Position numbers and translations under genes: made by a program | Shown: piece by piece, positions 13,861 to 27,965 of the stretch | How the letters are laid out: every line of letters begins with the position of its first letter | Position numbering within the stretch: position 1 is the stretch's first letter | The notes under the pieces: model-generated | Databases searched by the model: none | What the model saw: the letters and a program-made list of their open reading frames with translations, nothing else | What the model was told of the DNA's origin: nothing | Assembly: GCA_951406725.2 (NCBI GenBank) | Contig: OX597814.1 | Coordinates: 18,848,001 to 18,912,000, forward strand | Direction of reading: 5' to 3' | Source: Octopus vulgaris | Lineage: Eukaryota | DNA: 64,000 nucleotides

Positions 13861-14368
13861 TGTATGCATATAAGGACACTTCACTGAGAAGGTTGTATAT
13901 TGGTACTTAAAGCAAACAAAGCAACAACAAAAAATTAAGAAAAGAATAAAGCCTTTGAGTTAGCGCCAGCAAGGTTGCAACAACTCACCCTGAAGATTAC
14001 CCCCATACAATCCAGAAGCAAAATATCCCCACAAGATATCCCCTTCAACAAAAAGGATAGGAAAACGATCTAATAATAAGCATAGGCCACGCAAAACCCA
14101 ACTGAAGACATTAGTTGCATCGCCGCCAGCAGAGAGAGGAAAAATATTCCCATAATTCATGTGCTACAGATAACCACAAGGACACAAGATATTGTAGAAC
14201 TTCAAATCTTATAGGGTGAATGGTTGCCAAGAGGCGCGAAAGAGAACAAGTTTGTAAAGAAAACCTTTTCTTTACAAGCTTGCCATCGAGCCGATGAAAA
14301 TAAATAATACAACCTAAAACTCCAGCACGGAAGACAAAACGTATATACATAGAAATCATAGTCTAGAG

Positions 14369-15018
14369 CAGCTGTCCGCCACCATTTTTTTTCACCTATG
14401 GAGCCATTTGATTCTTAGTTTGCACGAGTGAAACATCTTAGCCATTCGATGGTTTAAAATCCTATATTATTTTTATAAATATTATTAAAAATTTTATTAA
14501 AATTTTAAAAAGATATTTTTGTGTATTGTAAAAGTGCAACCGGTTTATTGCACACAAAGTTAAGCAGCCAAGTGTGGAGGCGCAATGGCCCAGTGGTTAG
14601 GGCAGCGGACTCGCGGTCGTAGGATCGCGGTTTCGATTCCCAGACCGGGCGTTGTGAGTGTTTATTGAGCGAAAACACCTAAAAGCTCTACGAGGCTCCG
14701 GCAGAGATGGTGGTGATCCCTGCTGTACTCTTTCACCACAACTTTCTCTCACTCTTACTTCCTGTTTCTGTTGTACCTGTATTTTCAAAGGGCCGGCCTT
14801 GTCACTCTCTGTGTCACGCTGAATATCCCCGAGAACTGCGTTAAGGGTGCACGTGTCTGTGGAGTGCTCAGCCACTTACACGTTAATTTCACGAGCAGGC
14901 TGTTCCGTTGATCGGATCAACCGGAACCCTCGTCGTCGTAACCGACGGAGTGCTTCCAAGCAGCCAAGTCTTATATCGACCCCTAAGGGTCATATGGAGC
15001 CCGGTTTGAGAACAACTG
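14369..15018. mobile_element. hAT (Charlie-like) MITE interrupted by a SINE
   Basis: Imperfect TIRs cagctgtccgccacc / ggtttgagaacaactg; 8-bp flanks gtctagag / gtcttgaa resemble the NTCTAGAN target. Confidence 0.6.
14574..14957 (+). mobile_element. SINE family A, tail type 1, 12-bp TSD
   Basis: TSD aagcagccaagt at 14562-14573 and 14958-14969; nearly identical to 57686-58069. Confidence 0.93.
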
Positions 15019-15506
15019 GTCTTGAAGCAAAAAAATGTGCTTTACAGAAACGATCCCAAGCATTTTGAGTGAAACAGTTTGGAGGAAAAATGCATGGAAG
15101 CTTCTTGGATGGAGTGGACATCTAATTCAAAGAATATGCATTGCCAGACATTTGTTAAAAGTGCGAGAGTCTCTGAAATATTTGTTAACCTACATAACTT
15201 TTTAATCAATAGCTGGTTCAGTTAATCGCACATTTAATCAATCAACGTCACAATGAAGATCAATTTATAATTTTCGTTTATAGACCCATGCGCATATGTC
15301 TATATGTGAATCCATGTACGCGAAGGAGCACACGCACACATACAGATTTATATATAAGTGTATGTGTCAAGCAATTTCTATATAAAACCAATTTAACATT
15401 AAACTGAAGGATTACTCAATACTGTTCGTAGAGTATATACAAATTTTACAAGAAAAAGGTAACCGAAACACAAGGGTATTGCTTGCTTACCTTTATCATG
15501 TTGTGC

Positions 15507-15558
<52 letters not shown>

Positions 15559-15668
15559 GTGTGAGTGTGTGTGTGTGTGATGCGTTTGCGCGTATGTGGG
15601 TTTTGCGAGTGTGTTTGTGTATGTATGCTTATGCGTATATGTGTGTGTACAAATATATAGATATGCAC

Positions 15669-15742
<74 letters not shown>

Positions 15743-15795
15743 CACATACATGTATGTACACATGTATATAACATCTTTGTATGTATGTATGTCAT

Positions 15796-16020
15796 ATCTG
15801 TCAGGTATGTGGAAGAGAGTGTAATTCGGCAGGAAGACTTAAACGGCATACAAAGGTACACGAAGCCCAGTTACCGGCTATTGCCGGGAAAGGTTTTAGC
15901 TGCCAATTCTGTACAAGACATTGTAGATCATTAGCTGGGCTAAAAAGTCACGTTCGATCACAGCACCAATAACAGTTAAGCTACTAGCAATGGCCATACT
16001 CGATAGCGAGGGGGCAGCCA
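15796..16020 (+). mobile_element. RTE-type LINE 3' end with two C2H2 fingers
   Basis: CQVC..HTKVH and CQFC..HVRSQH without a TGEKP linker, stop at 15972, short 3' UTR (..ctcgatagcgagggggcagcca), flanked by (ATGT)n. Confidence 0.65.
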
Positions 16021-16835
16021 TCATGTATGTATATATGCATGTATATATGTATGCATGTATATATGTATGCATGTATGTATGTGTGAGTGTTTAATGTAAA
16101 TGCCTATTTTATATATGTTTGTGTCAATATGTGGCATGGCTTTCTTTATATGTACGTATGTACGCATGAACGTGCGCATGCAAGCTTGTATGTATATATA
16201 TATATGTATGTTTGTAAATATTTGCGTCTGCAAATCTGCATTATAATGCGTGTCACACTTGACTGTGAGTTTGTCTATTTTGCGGTTGAAGAATGGACAC
16301 GCATATGCATGTATGTATGTGTATGGACATCTGCATGTATTTGTGTATGCGATTGTGTGTCTTGGTGTACGTGTGTGTGGGTGTGAGCGTGCGTGAGTGT
16401 GTCTGTGTGTGAGCGTATATTTATGCGTGTTTGTGTAGCGAAGCGTATCACAGTATACGTCCGTTGAGGTGTTTGCGTGGGTGTTTTATTACGAGTGTCA
16501 ATATATATGTATGATTGTATGTTATGAGGAAACGGAAAGAAAAACAAAGTGTGGGCGTTTAGGGGTTGTATGGAGAAGGCTGGAAGTACTTGAACGGGAA
16601 TGAATGGAAGATGGTGATGGTGGTTTGAGGAAGCAGAGGGAAACCAAGGGCCGACACCAACCGTGTGCGGTCATCCGTGTTCAAGCTATGGCGAGTTTAT
16701 TGGTCCCATTTGGTTTACAATTTGATGTCATGAATAAGAAAAAGAAACACATAAATAAATAGCTCAGCAAACATAAAATACAAGAATAATATTAACCACA
16801 AAACACAGTTTCCCTTCGCCCTTCGCACGCACACA

Positions 16836-16837
<2 letters not shown>

Positions 16838-16896
<59 letters not shown>

Positions 16897-17018
16897 TATA
16901 TGTATATATATGAATTTATATGTATATATATACATATATATCTGTATGTATATATGAATTTATATGTATATATATGTATATATATGTATGTAGATATGAA
17001 TTTATATATATATACATT

Positions 17019-17050
<32 letters not shown>

Positions 17051-17126
17051 TATATACATATATATCTGTATGTATATATGAATTTATATATATATATATA
17101 TATATATGAATGTAGATATGAATTTA

Positions 17127-17220
<94 letters not shown>

Positions 17221-17312
17221 TTTATCTGTATGTATATATATAGACATACAAATATATATATATATATTTATAATTATGTATGTATAGGTGTATATATGTG
17301 GATATATATACA
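16838..17312. repeat. Long interrupted (TA)n tract
   Basis: Direct reading. Confidence 0.95.
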
Positions 17313-17314
17313 TA

Positions 17315-17733
17315 TAGGGTGCAATAAGTAAATTGTTGCTATTATATATTTTTTATTTCGTGCATGGGTATTGTCTTTTTTATTTTTATTTTATCGACTT
17401 CACAGTATTGTAGGGTCAGTTGGGCACAATTTGTAAGAAAAACAGCACCGTGACGCAATTCACTCTGCTAGAAATTTGGAAACAACTTCCTGTACTGCTT
17501 GGCGTTCGCACCGGAAGATCCAGTGCGATCATTTCAGAGTGTTTGAGTGTCAATCTTAGGACAGTGCAATCTGAAGACCTCTACTGAGTGTGTTAAAAAT
17601 CAAGCATCCAGTCAACATCACTAGTGATGGCGACGTTATGTCTCCATTCATCTTCGCAAACGGCCTCAGACTCAACACGTAGGACTACATCAAGTGCCTG
17701 TAGGAGGCAGTGCTGCCCTGCGTGGCTGCTGGA

Positions 17734-17735
<2 letters not shown>
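17315..17735 (+). mobile_element. Deleted Tc1/mariner-superfamily (maT-like) transposon fragment
   Basis: Translation [39 protein letters not shown] at about 17598-17720; agggtg-like terminus at 17316. Confidence 0.6.
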
Positions 17736-17816
<81 letters not shown>

Positions 17817-18369
17817 GTATGTATGTATGTATGGATGGATGGATGGATGGATGGATGGATGGATGGATGGATGGATGGATGTACATATGTATTTATATAT
17901 ATATTGGAAGGTTTGGAGATGATGTACAGGTATTTTATATTAGAAGAAATGAGATACTCAGAAATTTGGGTGGTTTTATATTTACAGATATTTATTTGTA
18001 TATTACATGTTTTTATACATCATATAACTTAGATCATATATGAGCACCACATTTTTGCACAATACATGTGAGGTAGGGGAAGACACAGATAGTGCTTTTT
18101 TTTTCACTCATGAGGCACCGGTAGATCGTCCAGAACCTTCTGTTTTGCAAATTAAAATTTTACTAACTTAGTGTGATATGTGGGGAGAAAAATTTATAAA
18201 ATATAGGAAACAATGTTCTAGTGTACCATAATCATATTACCTCCTAAGTGATCAGTGTGCTAGCCCAAAAGGCTCACAGAAAAAAAAATAACAAAACGCA
18301 ACACAATTTTCATAGCTCATGTGAGATCCAACAGGTTATTAAAATATATATATATATATATATACAGGC

Positions 18370-18460
<91 letters not shown>

Positions 18461-18722
18461 CAGATAAGCATATATACATGTAGTTGGTTTCGTAATAATG
18501 ATGGTGGTGGTTATTATGCTAGCAGAGATTGCTCTGGTCTTGGTAGTATTGCTGGGGATATTATTTGGCATCGATACTAATTCTTGATGTAGTGAATACT
18601 GCGGATGCGTCAAAAGGTGAGGTTATAATTTTGCTCGTAATTATCAATAATCTATCAGTATCATTTTGATGGCCATAGATGTTGTAGCAATAATAACGTT
18701 GATAATCGCAGCAGTAGTGTTG

Positions 18723-18757
<35 letters not shown>

Positions 18758-18984
18758 ATTGCAGCTTGTGTTGCTGTTGCTGCTGGTGCTGTTAATTAGG
18801 ATGCTGGTACTTATTACCGTAATCAATGATCTTAGTGGATGTATGGGCATTAGCGATGGTGGTGCTGAATCTAGTAAATACCAATAACGTTATCAGTTGC
18901 AGTTATGTTACTGGTGCTGCTGCTGCGGTCATTATCGTCATTAGTGTGGCTGTTTAATCTCACTTCAGTCTTGATTAGGCATGA

Positions 18985-19375
18985 GCAGAGCGCAAGATGT
19001 TCCAATCAAGAATATCTCGTACTTTTCACTGCGTATTGATACACAGGCGCAACAGGCGTGATTGTGCCAACCAGAGCCTTGTAAGTGGATTTGGGAGATG
19101 GAATCTGAAAGAAGCATGTTGTATTTTCTTTTTTTTTTTTTTGTGTGTGTGTGTGTGTGGATTTGTGTATGAGTTTTTCCACAGGCACCATTTGACAAAC
19201 GGTGTTGTTGTTGTGTTTAAGTCCCCGTAACACAGTGGTGGACAAAAGACACCGATAGAATAAGTACAAGGTTTTACAAAATAAATCAGTAACGAGGTTG
19301 ACTTCTTCTACTGAAACTTTTAAAGGCTGTGTCCCAGTATGACTGCACTCTTATCACTGCAACGAGCAAAAGATA
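18985..19375 (+). mobile_element. Old diverged SINE family B
   Basis: gccttgtaagtggattt...ctgaaagaagc...ccgatagaataagtac blocks. Confidence 0.65.
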
Positions 19376-19382
19376 ATACACA

Positions 19383-19437
<55 letters not shown>

Positions 19438-19490
19438 ACACACACACGTGTATGTTGCATATATTTATGCAGTTTTACGAGGAGAAATTT

Positions 19491-19533
19491 GGAGACCTCG
19501 AAGTTTCGACTTAGCCGTCATCATTCAGTCTCC
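19491..19533 (-). ncRNA. Hammerhead-like motif, CUGAAUGA core variant
   Basis: Minus: GGAGA-CUGAAUGA-U-GAC-ggcuaa-GUC-GAAAC-UUCGAG-GUC-UCC. Confidence 0.5.
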
Positions 19534-19575
19534 CGAAACTGAAAATTCGCAGTCACAGTAAATTTTGTGTAAGCA

Positions 19576-19641
<66 letters not shown>

Positions 19642-19995
19642 TGTGTGTCTGTGTGTTTGTTTGCATGACTATATGTATGTACTTACGAATGTATTTTGTT
19701 TGTGCTTTCCCCATTCATTGGTTTGAGTCACTAAATTATAGCCTTGCTGGGGCATCAGCTTTGGAATTATACTCTTACTCTTTTACTTGTTTCAGTCATT
19801 TGACTGGGCCATGCTGGAGTACCGCCTTTAGTCGAGCAAATCGACACCGGGACTTATTATTTGTAAGCCCAGTACTTATTCTATCGGTCTCTTTTGCTGA
19901 ACCGCTAAGTGACGGGGACGTAAACACACCAGCATCGGTTGTCAAGCAATGCTAGGGAGACAAACACAAACACACACACACATATATATATACAT

Positions 19996-20242
19996 TGAGA
20001 AGAAGAAAGAGATGGACGCTTCAATTCTATGCTGCTGCCGCATTATGTCGTACGTGAACGAGAGGATTTGCATCCCCAACCAAGAATTTTTGATGTAACA
20101 CATGTCCTTGTGGAAGCTGTTGTGCGCGGCTGAAGAAGGCCACAGACATACATTATGCTTTGTTATAAATCTGTCTAATAAAGGCCCGAAACATATGTAC
20201 CGCTGAATCCTTCGCCTCATGTTTTTATTTTTATTTTGATCA

Positions 20243-20245
<3 letters not shown>
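19996..20245 (+). mobile_element. 250-bp hammerhead-bearing cassette (Penelope-type terminal repeat or non-autonomous element)
   Basis: Bounded by (TA)n on both sides, contains the 20126-20203 ribozyme motif, ends T-rich. Confidence 0.7.
20126..20203 (+). ncRNA. Type I hammerhead ribozyme
   Basis: GCGG-CUGAAGA-A-GGCC..(ACAGA/UCUGU)..GGCC-C-GAAAC-AUAU-GUA-CCGC. Stem I GCGG/CCGC; predicted cleavage after A20199. Confidence 0.8.
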
Positions 20246-20287
<42 letters not shown>

Positions 20288-21137
20288 TACGACAGGCCTC
20301 TTTCAGTTTCCGCCTACCAAATCCACTCACAAGGCATTGGTCGGCCCGGTGCTATAGCAGAAGACTCATGCCCAAGATGCCACGCAGTGGGACTGAACAC
20401 AGAATCATGTGGTTGGTTAGCAAGCTACTTACCACACAGCCACTCCTGCGCCTATAGTTTATAATAAAAAGTAAGCTTCGGCAGAATCTAGGCCACGAAC
20501 TTAGAGTAAAGACCGCAATCTTCCACAATTTTTCCGACATACTACCAATTATGCTAAGTATCATCCATGTAACATTTTTCCTTTTAATTCAATTTTCTCG
20601 TTTTTAAGGAACGCACGAAAATCCTCAGCAGTGAATGAATTGATATGCTAGAGAAATCTCCTTGTGTCTAATCTGGAAAGAATTTCTAATTAATATCAAA
20701 ATCAAATAATCTTCAAATCACTTTTCAAATCCTCTTCTACCTCCATCATCGACCACGTTCTATCACAGCCAGCTTCTCTTGTTTAAAATATGAAAACCTT
20801 TGAAGTAATTCTAACTGAAAATGTTTTCCGCAGAATTCAGTAGAAACACCGGCCTGAACCTGTTTTTAATAAATCACGGAGCAGCTGTGTTAATTGAACT
20901 GTTCTTCTACAAACAAAAAGCGATGAAAGTAATTCTGGTAAATAAGAACCAAATTAAACACTACGGCTCAAAAACAGAAAAATGACATTAGGAAAAGAAA
21001 TTATGCATATGTTTAAAAATATTAGATGGTCAAGGCCGGAATGCTTTTGATAATACATCTGCTCAATCAAGGATGACTTGGGAATAGACAGTGGCAACTT
21101 TCTAGAATCATTTTACTTTAGTTAATATGAATGCTAT

Positions 21138-21444
21138 GGAGGCGCAATGGCCCAGTGGTTAGGAGAGCGGACTCGCGGTCGGAGGATCGCGGTTTCGATT
21201 CCCAGACCGGGCGTTGTGTGTGTTTATTGAACGGAAACACCTAGAACTCCACGAGGCTCCGGCAGGGAGTGGTGGCGACCCCTGTTGTACTCTTTCGCCC
21301 CAACTTTCTCGCACTCTTTCTTCCAGTTTCTTGAGTAACGCTGCGATGGACTGGCGTCCCGTCCAGCTGGGGGGAGCAGATACGCCACAGAAACCGGGAA
21401 ACCGGGCCCATGAGCCTGGCTAGGCTTGAAAAGGGCGTTAAAAA
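21138..21444 (+). mobile_element. SINE family A, tail type 2 (V-domain-like), 11-bp TSD
   Basis: ctgcgatggactggcgtcccgtccag block; TSD atgaatgctat at 21127-21137 and 21445-21455. Confidence 0.9.
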
Positions 21445-22096
21445 ATGAATGCTATCAACTATAATAAAACAACAGTGATTCATAAGTCAATTTACTGTGA
21501 AGCCAATGTGGCAAAGTCAACCTCGGCTTTGCTTTTTTTCTTTCGGGGTCGATAAAATAAGTACCAGTTAAACACTGTTGTCGACATAATTGAATTTATT
21601 TCCTTACCCCAAACTTGATTGGCCAAAATTTGAAATATGAAATATCGCACCTTTGTTTTTTTTTGGGGGGGGGGGTCGTTCTTTTAGGATTTTTAAAAAA
21701 ATGTTGCCTGACACACCCTACACTTCAAAAGGCCATATCTATCTCGAACTCCAAATCATGTTCGGGACTACGCAGTGAAAATTTTTAATTTACTCTCTCC
21801 CAAGTGTATTTTTCCTAATATAATTTCCAACCGATTCGTTATAAGAACTCTCAAATCCAACTCTAAAACTGCAAATTAAACCATGCAAACAGTGTTCTGT
21901 CAATAGAATTCCGAGAGAAAAGCCAGGGACTCGACCTCTGTCATTCAAACAGTTAAGATCACCAGCCATGTCACGTTCGGATTTACAATGAAAAGATTTC
22001 TTAATATATAAACATATCTCCCTCTTCGTCCGTGTCTTTGTATATACTTTTATATATCATACATACACATATTATATATATTGGTGTATATAACCC

Positions 22097-22135
<39 letters not shown>

Positions 22136-22610
22136 TATATAAATATGCATAAATATAGATGAACATGAAGATTAATAATACCTAATTTACAAATCCACTC
22201 AACCGTAAATTATTGATGTACTATATAAGCCTATACATATTTCTAAAGGTGAGAACTTGTGATTCAAACTACATCAGTAAATTCATTTCATCGGCTTAAT
22301 ACTCAACCTTACATGAATCTTTCATGGTTGTTACTTGATTACAGTTTCTACAATGCAAGACAAATCGTATAGAATTTCTTTCGATACGTTTAAAGCATAT
22401 TCTGCTCCACTAGTCCTCTTATGTTACCTGTACAAACCTTTAATCGGAATTGTCCCGATAAAAGCGATAACTATGTTTAGTTAAGAGTTTCAGACAAAAC
22501 AAATCTACTTCATCGCTTGGTAATATTATCTGATTCACGAGAAATACCAGTTAATATTCCCCGGATCTAGAAATTATGTTTTCTCCATCCTTCTGTTATT
22601 TTATAAATAA

Positions 22611-23010
22611 CATAGGAATGGTTGTGTGGTAAGTAGCTTGCTTACGAACCACAGGGTTCCGGGTTCAGTCCCACTGCGTGGCACCTTCGGCAAGTGTCTT
22701 CTACTATAGCCTCGGGCCGACCAAAGCCTTGTGAGTGGATTTGGTAGACGGAAACTATATATATATTTATATGTGTGTGTGTGTATATATGTTTGTCTGT
22801 CTGTGTTTGTCCGCCCAGCATCGCTTGACAACCGATGCTGGTGTGTTTACGTCCCCGTAACTTAGCGGTTCGGCAAAAGATACCAATAGAATAAGTACTA
22901 GGCTTACAAAGAATAAGTCCTGGGGTCGATTTGCTTGACTAAATGCGGTGCTCCAGCATGGTCGCAGTCAAATGGCTGAAACCAGTAAAAGAGTAAAGAG
23001 TAAAAGAGAG
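22611..23010 (+). mobile_element. SINE family B
   Basis: tRNA-like head, caccttcggcaagtg, internal (TA)(TG), tail with (gtaaaaga)n. Confidence 0.9.
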
Positions 23011-23207
23011 TGTTCGTTATTTTGTCCAACACAAACACTCACACATATGCACGCTCATTTATAGACAGTTATGCACATACACGCACTTATATACGTACAC
23101 ACACATATACATTCAACATACCTACATGGTAACAGGAACAGGGACACGCATAAGCTGCTTTTAAACAGGCACAAGAACGCACGCATGTTTGTGTGTGAAT
23201 CTGTATA

Positions 23208-23736
23208 CCGTAAATCCTCGAGTATAGTCCGCCCTTGAGTATAATACGCAGGGGATTTGGTGGAGAGGGGGGCTGTACCTCTGAAAAACCTAAACCTTGT
23301 GTATAATAGGCACCCCTTCTCTAGCTTGAATCACGCGTAATTAAGCCAGCAGCACCCAGTCGAACAAACATTTCAGTGCATGCGTGATACAATAATGATG
23401 ATGTTCTTAACTGTTATATGGGAATGTAAATATGTTTGCAAATTGTTTTAGTTACATGTTATTCTGTGTTCTGAATACTTTTATTTTAATAAATGTTGCT
23501 TACTGCAAGTTATGGATGATTCTTTTATGACTTCATTGCTTTCAGGTTTAGCTTAAGGTATTTTCGCACCCGACACCACAAAATGCGTCTGAATAAACAT
23601 TGCCGAACAGCAAATGGAGACTCGGACATTGCTTAGAAAATATTTTTTCAATTTTTCCCTTGTATATTGTACCCACTAGGAATTTTGACCTTTAAATTTT
23701 GGGGAAAAAATGCGGATTATACTCGAGGATTTATGG
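23208..23736. mobile_element. pogo/Tc2-like MITE
   Basis: TIRs ccgtaaatcctcgagtatagtccgc / gcggattatactcgaggatttatgg, TA on both sides, subterminal gtataata repeats. Confidence 0.85.
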
Positions 23737-24508
23737 TACATACAGACAAGATAGACAAGAAAATGTAAGCGTCGCTGCTATTGTGAATATCTCTTCAAAA
23801 ATAAAAGAGAGAGACGATAACTATCAACAGCTGTTTCGAATCATTCAGGTTATATACACAGATAATAAATTCACGTTTGCATAAATGATAATGTGTGCCC
23901 TTGGTTTTGTAAGTGACAATCTAGAATAGCTTGGGTTTTCAGAAAAATAAACCAACAAGCTAACACGCACAAACTGTCAGCGGAACAGTAAAAATATGTA
24001 AGACCTTTCTCCTGTTCAAAATGTGACATTGTTCTGCTTATAAACATGGAACTTTGTATCATTGTTGGAAACCAGCACCTTCATTAAAGGATGATTTCTA
24101 ATAATTAAAACACACGTACACACATAAACATATACGCACACACACACATACACAAACATAAACACGCACACACACAACCATGCTTGACCCAAGATATTCG
24201 TTGCATTTAATGATGAGTTAATCTCAACATTGAAAAATGTTGGAAGAGTTTGAATAACATCATGATAAGACTTCATAGTTGTTAGTATTATGAAGCGCCA
24301 CATCATCCAAAGTCTGTGTCTTGACAGTCTTCAACGTATGGTATTTCATGAGAGGTATACAATGTATGGTACTTCATGAGAGGTCTCTAATTTGTAGTGA
24401 ATTTGAGGGAAATAGGTTGATAGACAGAGAGACAGAGTGCATGTGAGAGAGAGAGAGAGAGAGTGAGAGTGAGAGAGTGAGAGAGAGGCAGATAGACACA
24501 CACACAGT

Positions 24509-24585
<77 letters not shown>

Positions 24586-25405
24586 GCAATATTGTGTTAA
24601 TAAACCGAATTATTCTCAATGGGAGTAAAAGCACAAGAAATATTTTATGACTGTGTGTGGATGTGTGTATTTATGTCAATGTGTTTGTGTTTCTTACACA
24701 CACACAAACACACACATTTATATGAATATGTATGTAAATATACACATCATTGTATATATGTGCATACGTATAGGTATATATGTATATATGCATATATAAG
24801 TATATACCGGAGTAAACACATAAATGTGAAACAAGGTGGAAAAAAGAGTACTCAAATACCAGTGGTAGAGTAAAATAACGTATATAAGTATATATGTATA
24901 TATGCATATATTCCACATATTAGTTATTTTTCACATTCTCACGTCACCCTCTTTAATAATATTTTACGCATCTGTACAAGTTTTATGAACATAGTTATAA
25001 TATCAACGTAGTTTATGCTAAAGATCGGAACATTTTTTTTCCCCAACGTTCTCTAGAAATTCACTTGGATGAATACGAAGATTAAAACGAAATGCTGCTA
25101 TGTGGTCGCACGTGCCATGCTCCTGCGGTATCCATGAGACAGGAAATGGTAACTAACGTAACATTACATATATGCCTACTAATGATAGCCTATAGAGATG
25201 TATGCGTGGACACCTTCGTCGGAGTTGTAACGATGCGAAACCGGAAATACTTGATCATGCACCACTCTGGCGGATAAGCCGCCATGACATGGCACTAAGG
25301 ACAACGGTGTAGATGGCGGATGTAAGACCTCGCCATTTCTATTTGATCGTGTCACAGCAAGCACACACATATATGAATATGCTTCCATATACGCATACAC
25401 CCTTG

Positions 25406-25454
<49 letters not shown>

Positions 25455-25851
25455 GTATATCTATATCTATATGCATCTATCTATATATATATATGTATAT
25501 AATAGATATACATATGTACACATACATACTCGCACGCATACACAAACACACGCATACGCACACGCACGCACACACACACACACATATATATTTCTATGGC
25601 GCTCGGTTCCCAAACCATGCATATATTAACATCACATGATGTGAAATATACTCGCAGTTTTGACGTCATCATAAATGTTAGGGATCAGTTAAAAGGATTA
25701 TATTAATTTTACTCACACTTACACCTACCCGCATCCACGTTGAAGACAGTTACGTCAGTGAGGACATCGAAAGAGCTCGGAAATTAAAACATTTGTATAC
25801 ACAGCAATCACGTACACGCACATTCATACACTCACTTACAAGCATATACGT

Positions 25852-25925
<74 letters not shown>

Positions 25926-26206
25926 ACTCCCTTTCGCTTTCTCTCTCACATTCTGTCCCCCTTACACACACACACACAAACACACACATAAATACTTACT
26001 CGTAATTTGAGGTACAGTAAAACTGTGTTTACAGTAACAGAAATAAAGGTATCTTAAACACACACGCTAAATAAGCGAAGCCGCCCAGAAACAGACCAAT
26101 GTAATTTCTCAGTGTAACTTAAGCGAAGATACCTTTCAGGTATTCGAATTCGAATCCTACCAGAGGAACAGAATCTGAGGCTGTTCATAAAATATCGTAT
26201 CAGATT

Positions 26207-26400
26207 TATTTCCTCCGCCTTAACGAAAGCGGAGTTATTATTTTCAGTCGTGCTTGTTTGTTTGTCCGTGGATAGGAAGGATATCTCAAGAACCGCTGAA
26301 TGAATTCGGTGGAAACATTCAGGGGTGTTTGACCGCGTGACTGGCAAGAACTGATTACATTTTGGGATCGATCCGGTACCGGAGAAGGATTCTGAATAAA
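26207..26400 (+). mobile_element. Helentron-associated (DINE-1/HINE-like) element end
   Basis: ttatttcCTCCGCcttaacgaaaGCGGAG hairpin followed by (gttt)n and gatatctcaagaac. Confidence 0.55.
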
Positions 26401-26903
26401 TTTTGATTCCTAGATGAACCTAATGATATTTACTATTCTTTTTCACACGTTGTCGTAGGAGGAATGATTAGGAAATCTATTGATCACAGGTTAAATTCGA
26501 ATGAGATTCAGTCCTCGTAGTTTTAATATCTTTCATTTCAGTCACTTAAATTATAATATTTTTTAATAAAAGGTGCTTGGCCTAGAGGTTAGTGTGCCGA
26601 CTCATGATCGTGTTTTCAATCTCCGGACTGAGCGATGCATTGTGTTCTTGATCTAAACACTTAATTTCACTGTCCACTCGACTGTAAATGAGTTCAAACA
26701 TTTGCTGGGAAATTATTCCGGCGACAGAGGCGTCCTGTCCATGGGCGGAAGAATGTTATAATCCCAGTAACTCATACGTCATGGAAAGCATGAGTCCTAA
26801 ATCTCATGACTGATTTAAGTCTAAATTACGGCTCAGCTACCTTTTCAGGTGGAACATTTGAAAATCGCTATATTAAATATTAAAAATAATATTAACATAC
26901 TAA

Positions 26904-27066
26904 CGTAGCAGTAGGTGTGTGGTAAGTAGCCTGCTTACGAACTACACGGTTCCGGGTACAGTCCCATTGCGTGGCACCTTGGGCAAGTGTCTTCTACTAT
27001 AGCCTCGGGCTGACCAAAGCCTTGTGAGTGGACTTGGTAGACGGAAACTGAAAGAAGCCCGTCGTA

Positions 27067-27117
<51 letters not shown>

Positions 27118-27347
27118 GTATGTATGTGTTTGTGTGTCTGTGTTTGTGCCACCCCCCTCAACATCGCTTGACAACCGATGCTGGTGTGTTTACGTCCCCG
27201 TAACTTAGCGGTTCGGCAAAAGAGACCGATAGAATAAGTACCAGGCATACAAAGAATAAGTCTTGGGGTCGATTTGCTCGACTAAAGGCGGTGCTCCAGC
27301 ATGGCCACAGTCACATGACTGAAACAAGTAAAAGAGAGTAAAAGAGA
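26904..27347 (+). mobile_element. SINE family B
   Basis: Matches the 22611 and 54089 copies. Confidence 0.9.
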
Positions 27348-27769
27348 ATATTGAATCCATACAATATAAGCAGCTAAGTAGAAGTGAATATGTTAATGTT
27401 ACATACATTAACCGAATTTGTCGAGTGAGGTTTTAAACTGGGAGACAGAGTAAGTCTGCCACCAAAGTAAACTATGTTGATATTTGAACTCAGAATACAA
27501 AAGTCGGAACGAATACAGCAAAGCATCTAGTCCAACGTTCTAGCAGCTCCGTGAATCCACTACTCTGGATTGGCATCTTTTTTTATCGACCACCTAAAAG
27601 ATGAATAGTAAGGTTGATTTCTTTGTTTCTTTTTAAACCCATAGCATAAAGTATCAGGACAAATAGTTTCATTCATTCTATCTGATGCTCTCGCGATTCT
27701 GCCGATTCGCATCGTATATATAGCTTTGTAAATTTGACTCAAGAACAGCACCTTTGAGAAGAGAGATCA

Positions 27770-27965
27770 AGTCCATTGCGGGGAGGAGAGAGCTAATCGA
27801 TTTCGTCGACCCCAGTACTTGATTGGCACTTAATTTTGCCGACCCTGAAATGATGAAAGGCAAAGGCAAAAATCCACCTCGGCGGGTTTTTTAACTCAGA
27901 ACGTAAAGATCCTGAAGAAATACCTATAAGTATTTTGTTCGTCGCGCAGATGATTCCGCCACCTC
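27770..27965 (-). mobile_element. Diverged SINE family C
   Basis: gtcgaccccag..gatgaaaggcaaa..cctcggcg..aactcagaacgtaaag. Confidence 0.7.

Larger units (their letters stand above)
19771..20453 (-). mobile_element. SINE family B split by an insertion in its internal (TA)n
   Basis: Tail ctcttttacttgtttcagtca at 19771, head ..cagccactcctgcgcct at 20453; foreign 19996-20245 lies where other copies have only (TA)n(CA)n. Confidence 0.9.

Noticed and set aside
14574-14650. tRNA gene (also the other SINE heads)
   Set aside because: A/B-box-like heads lack a full cloverleaf and continue into SINE bodies with TSDs.
15781-15972. C2H2 zinc-finger gene of the expanded cephalopod family
   Set aside because: No TGEKP linkers, start lies in a microsatellite, and an RTE-like 3' UTR follows; better explained as a LINE end.
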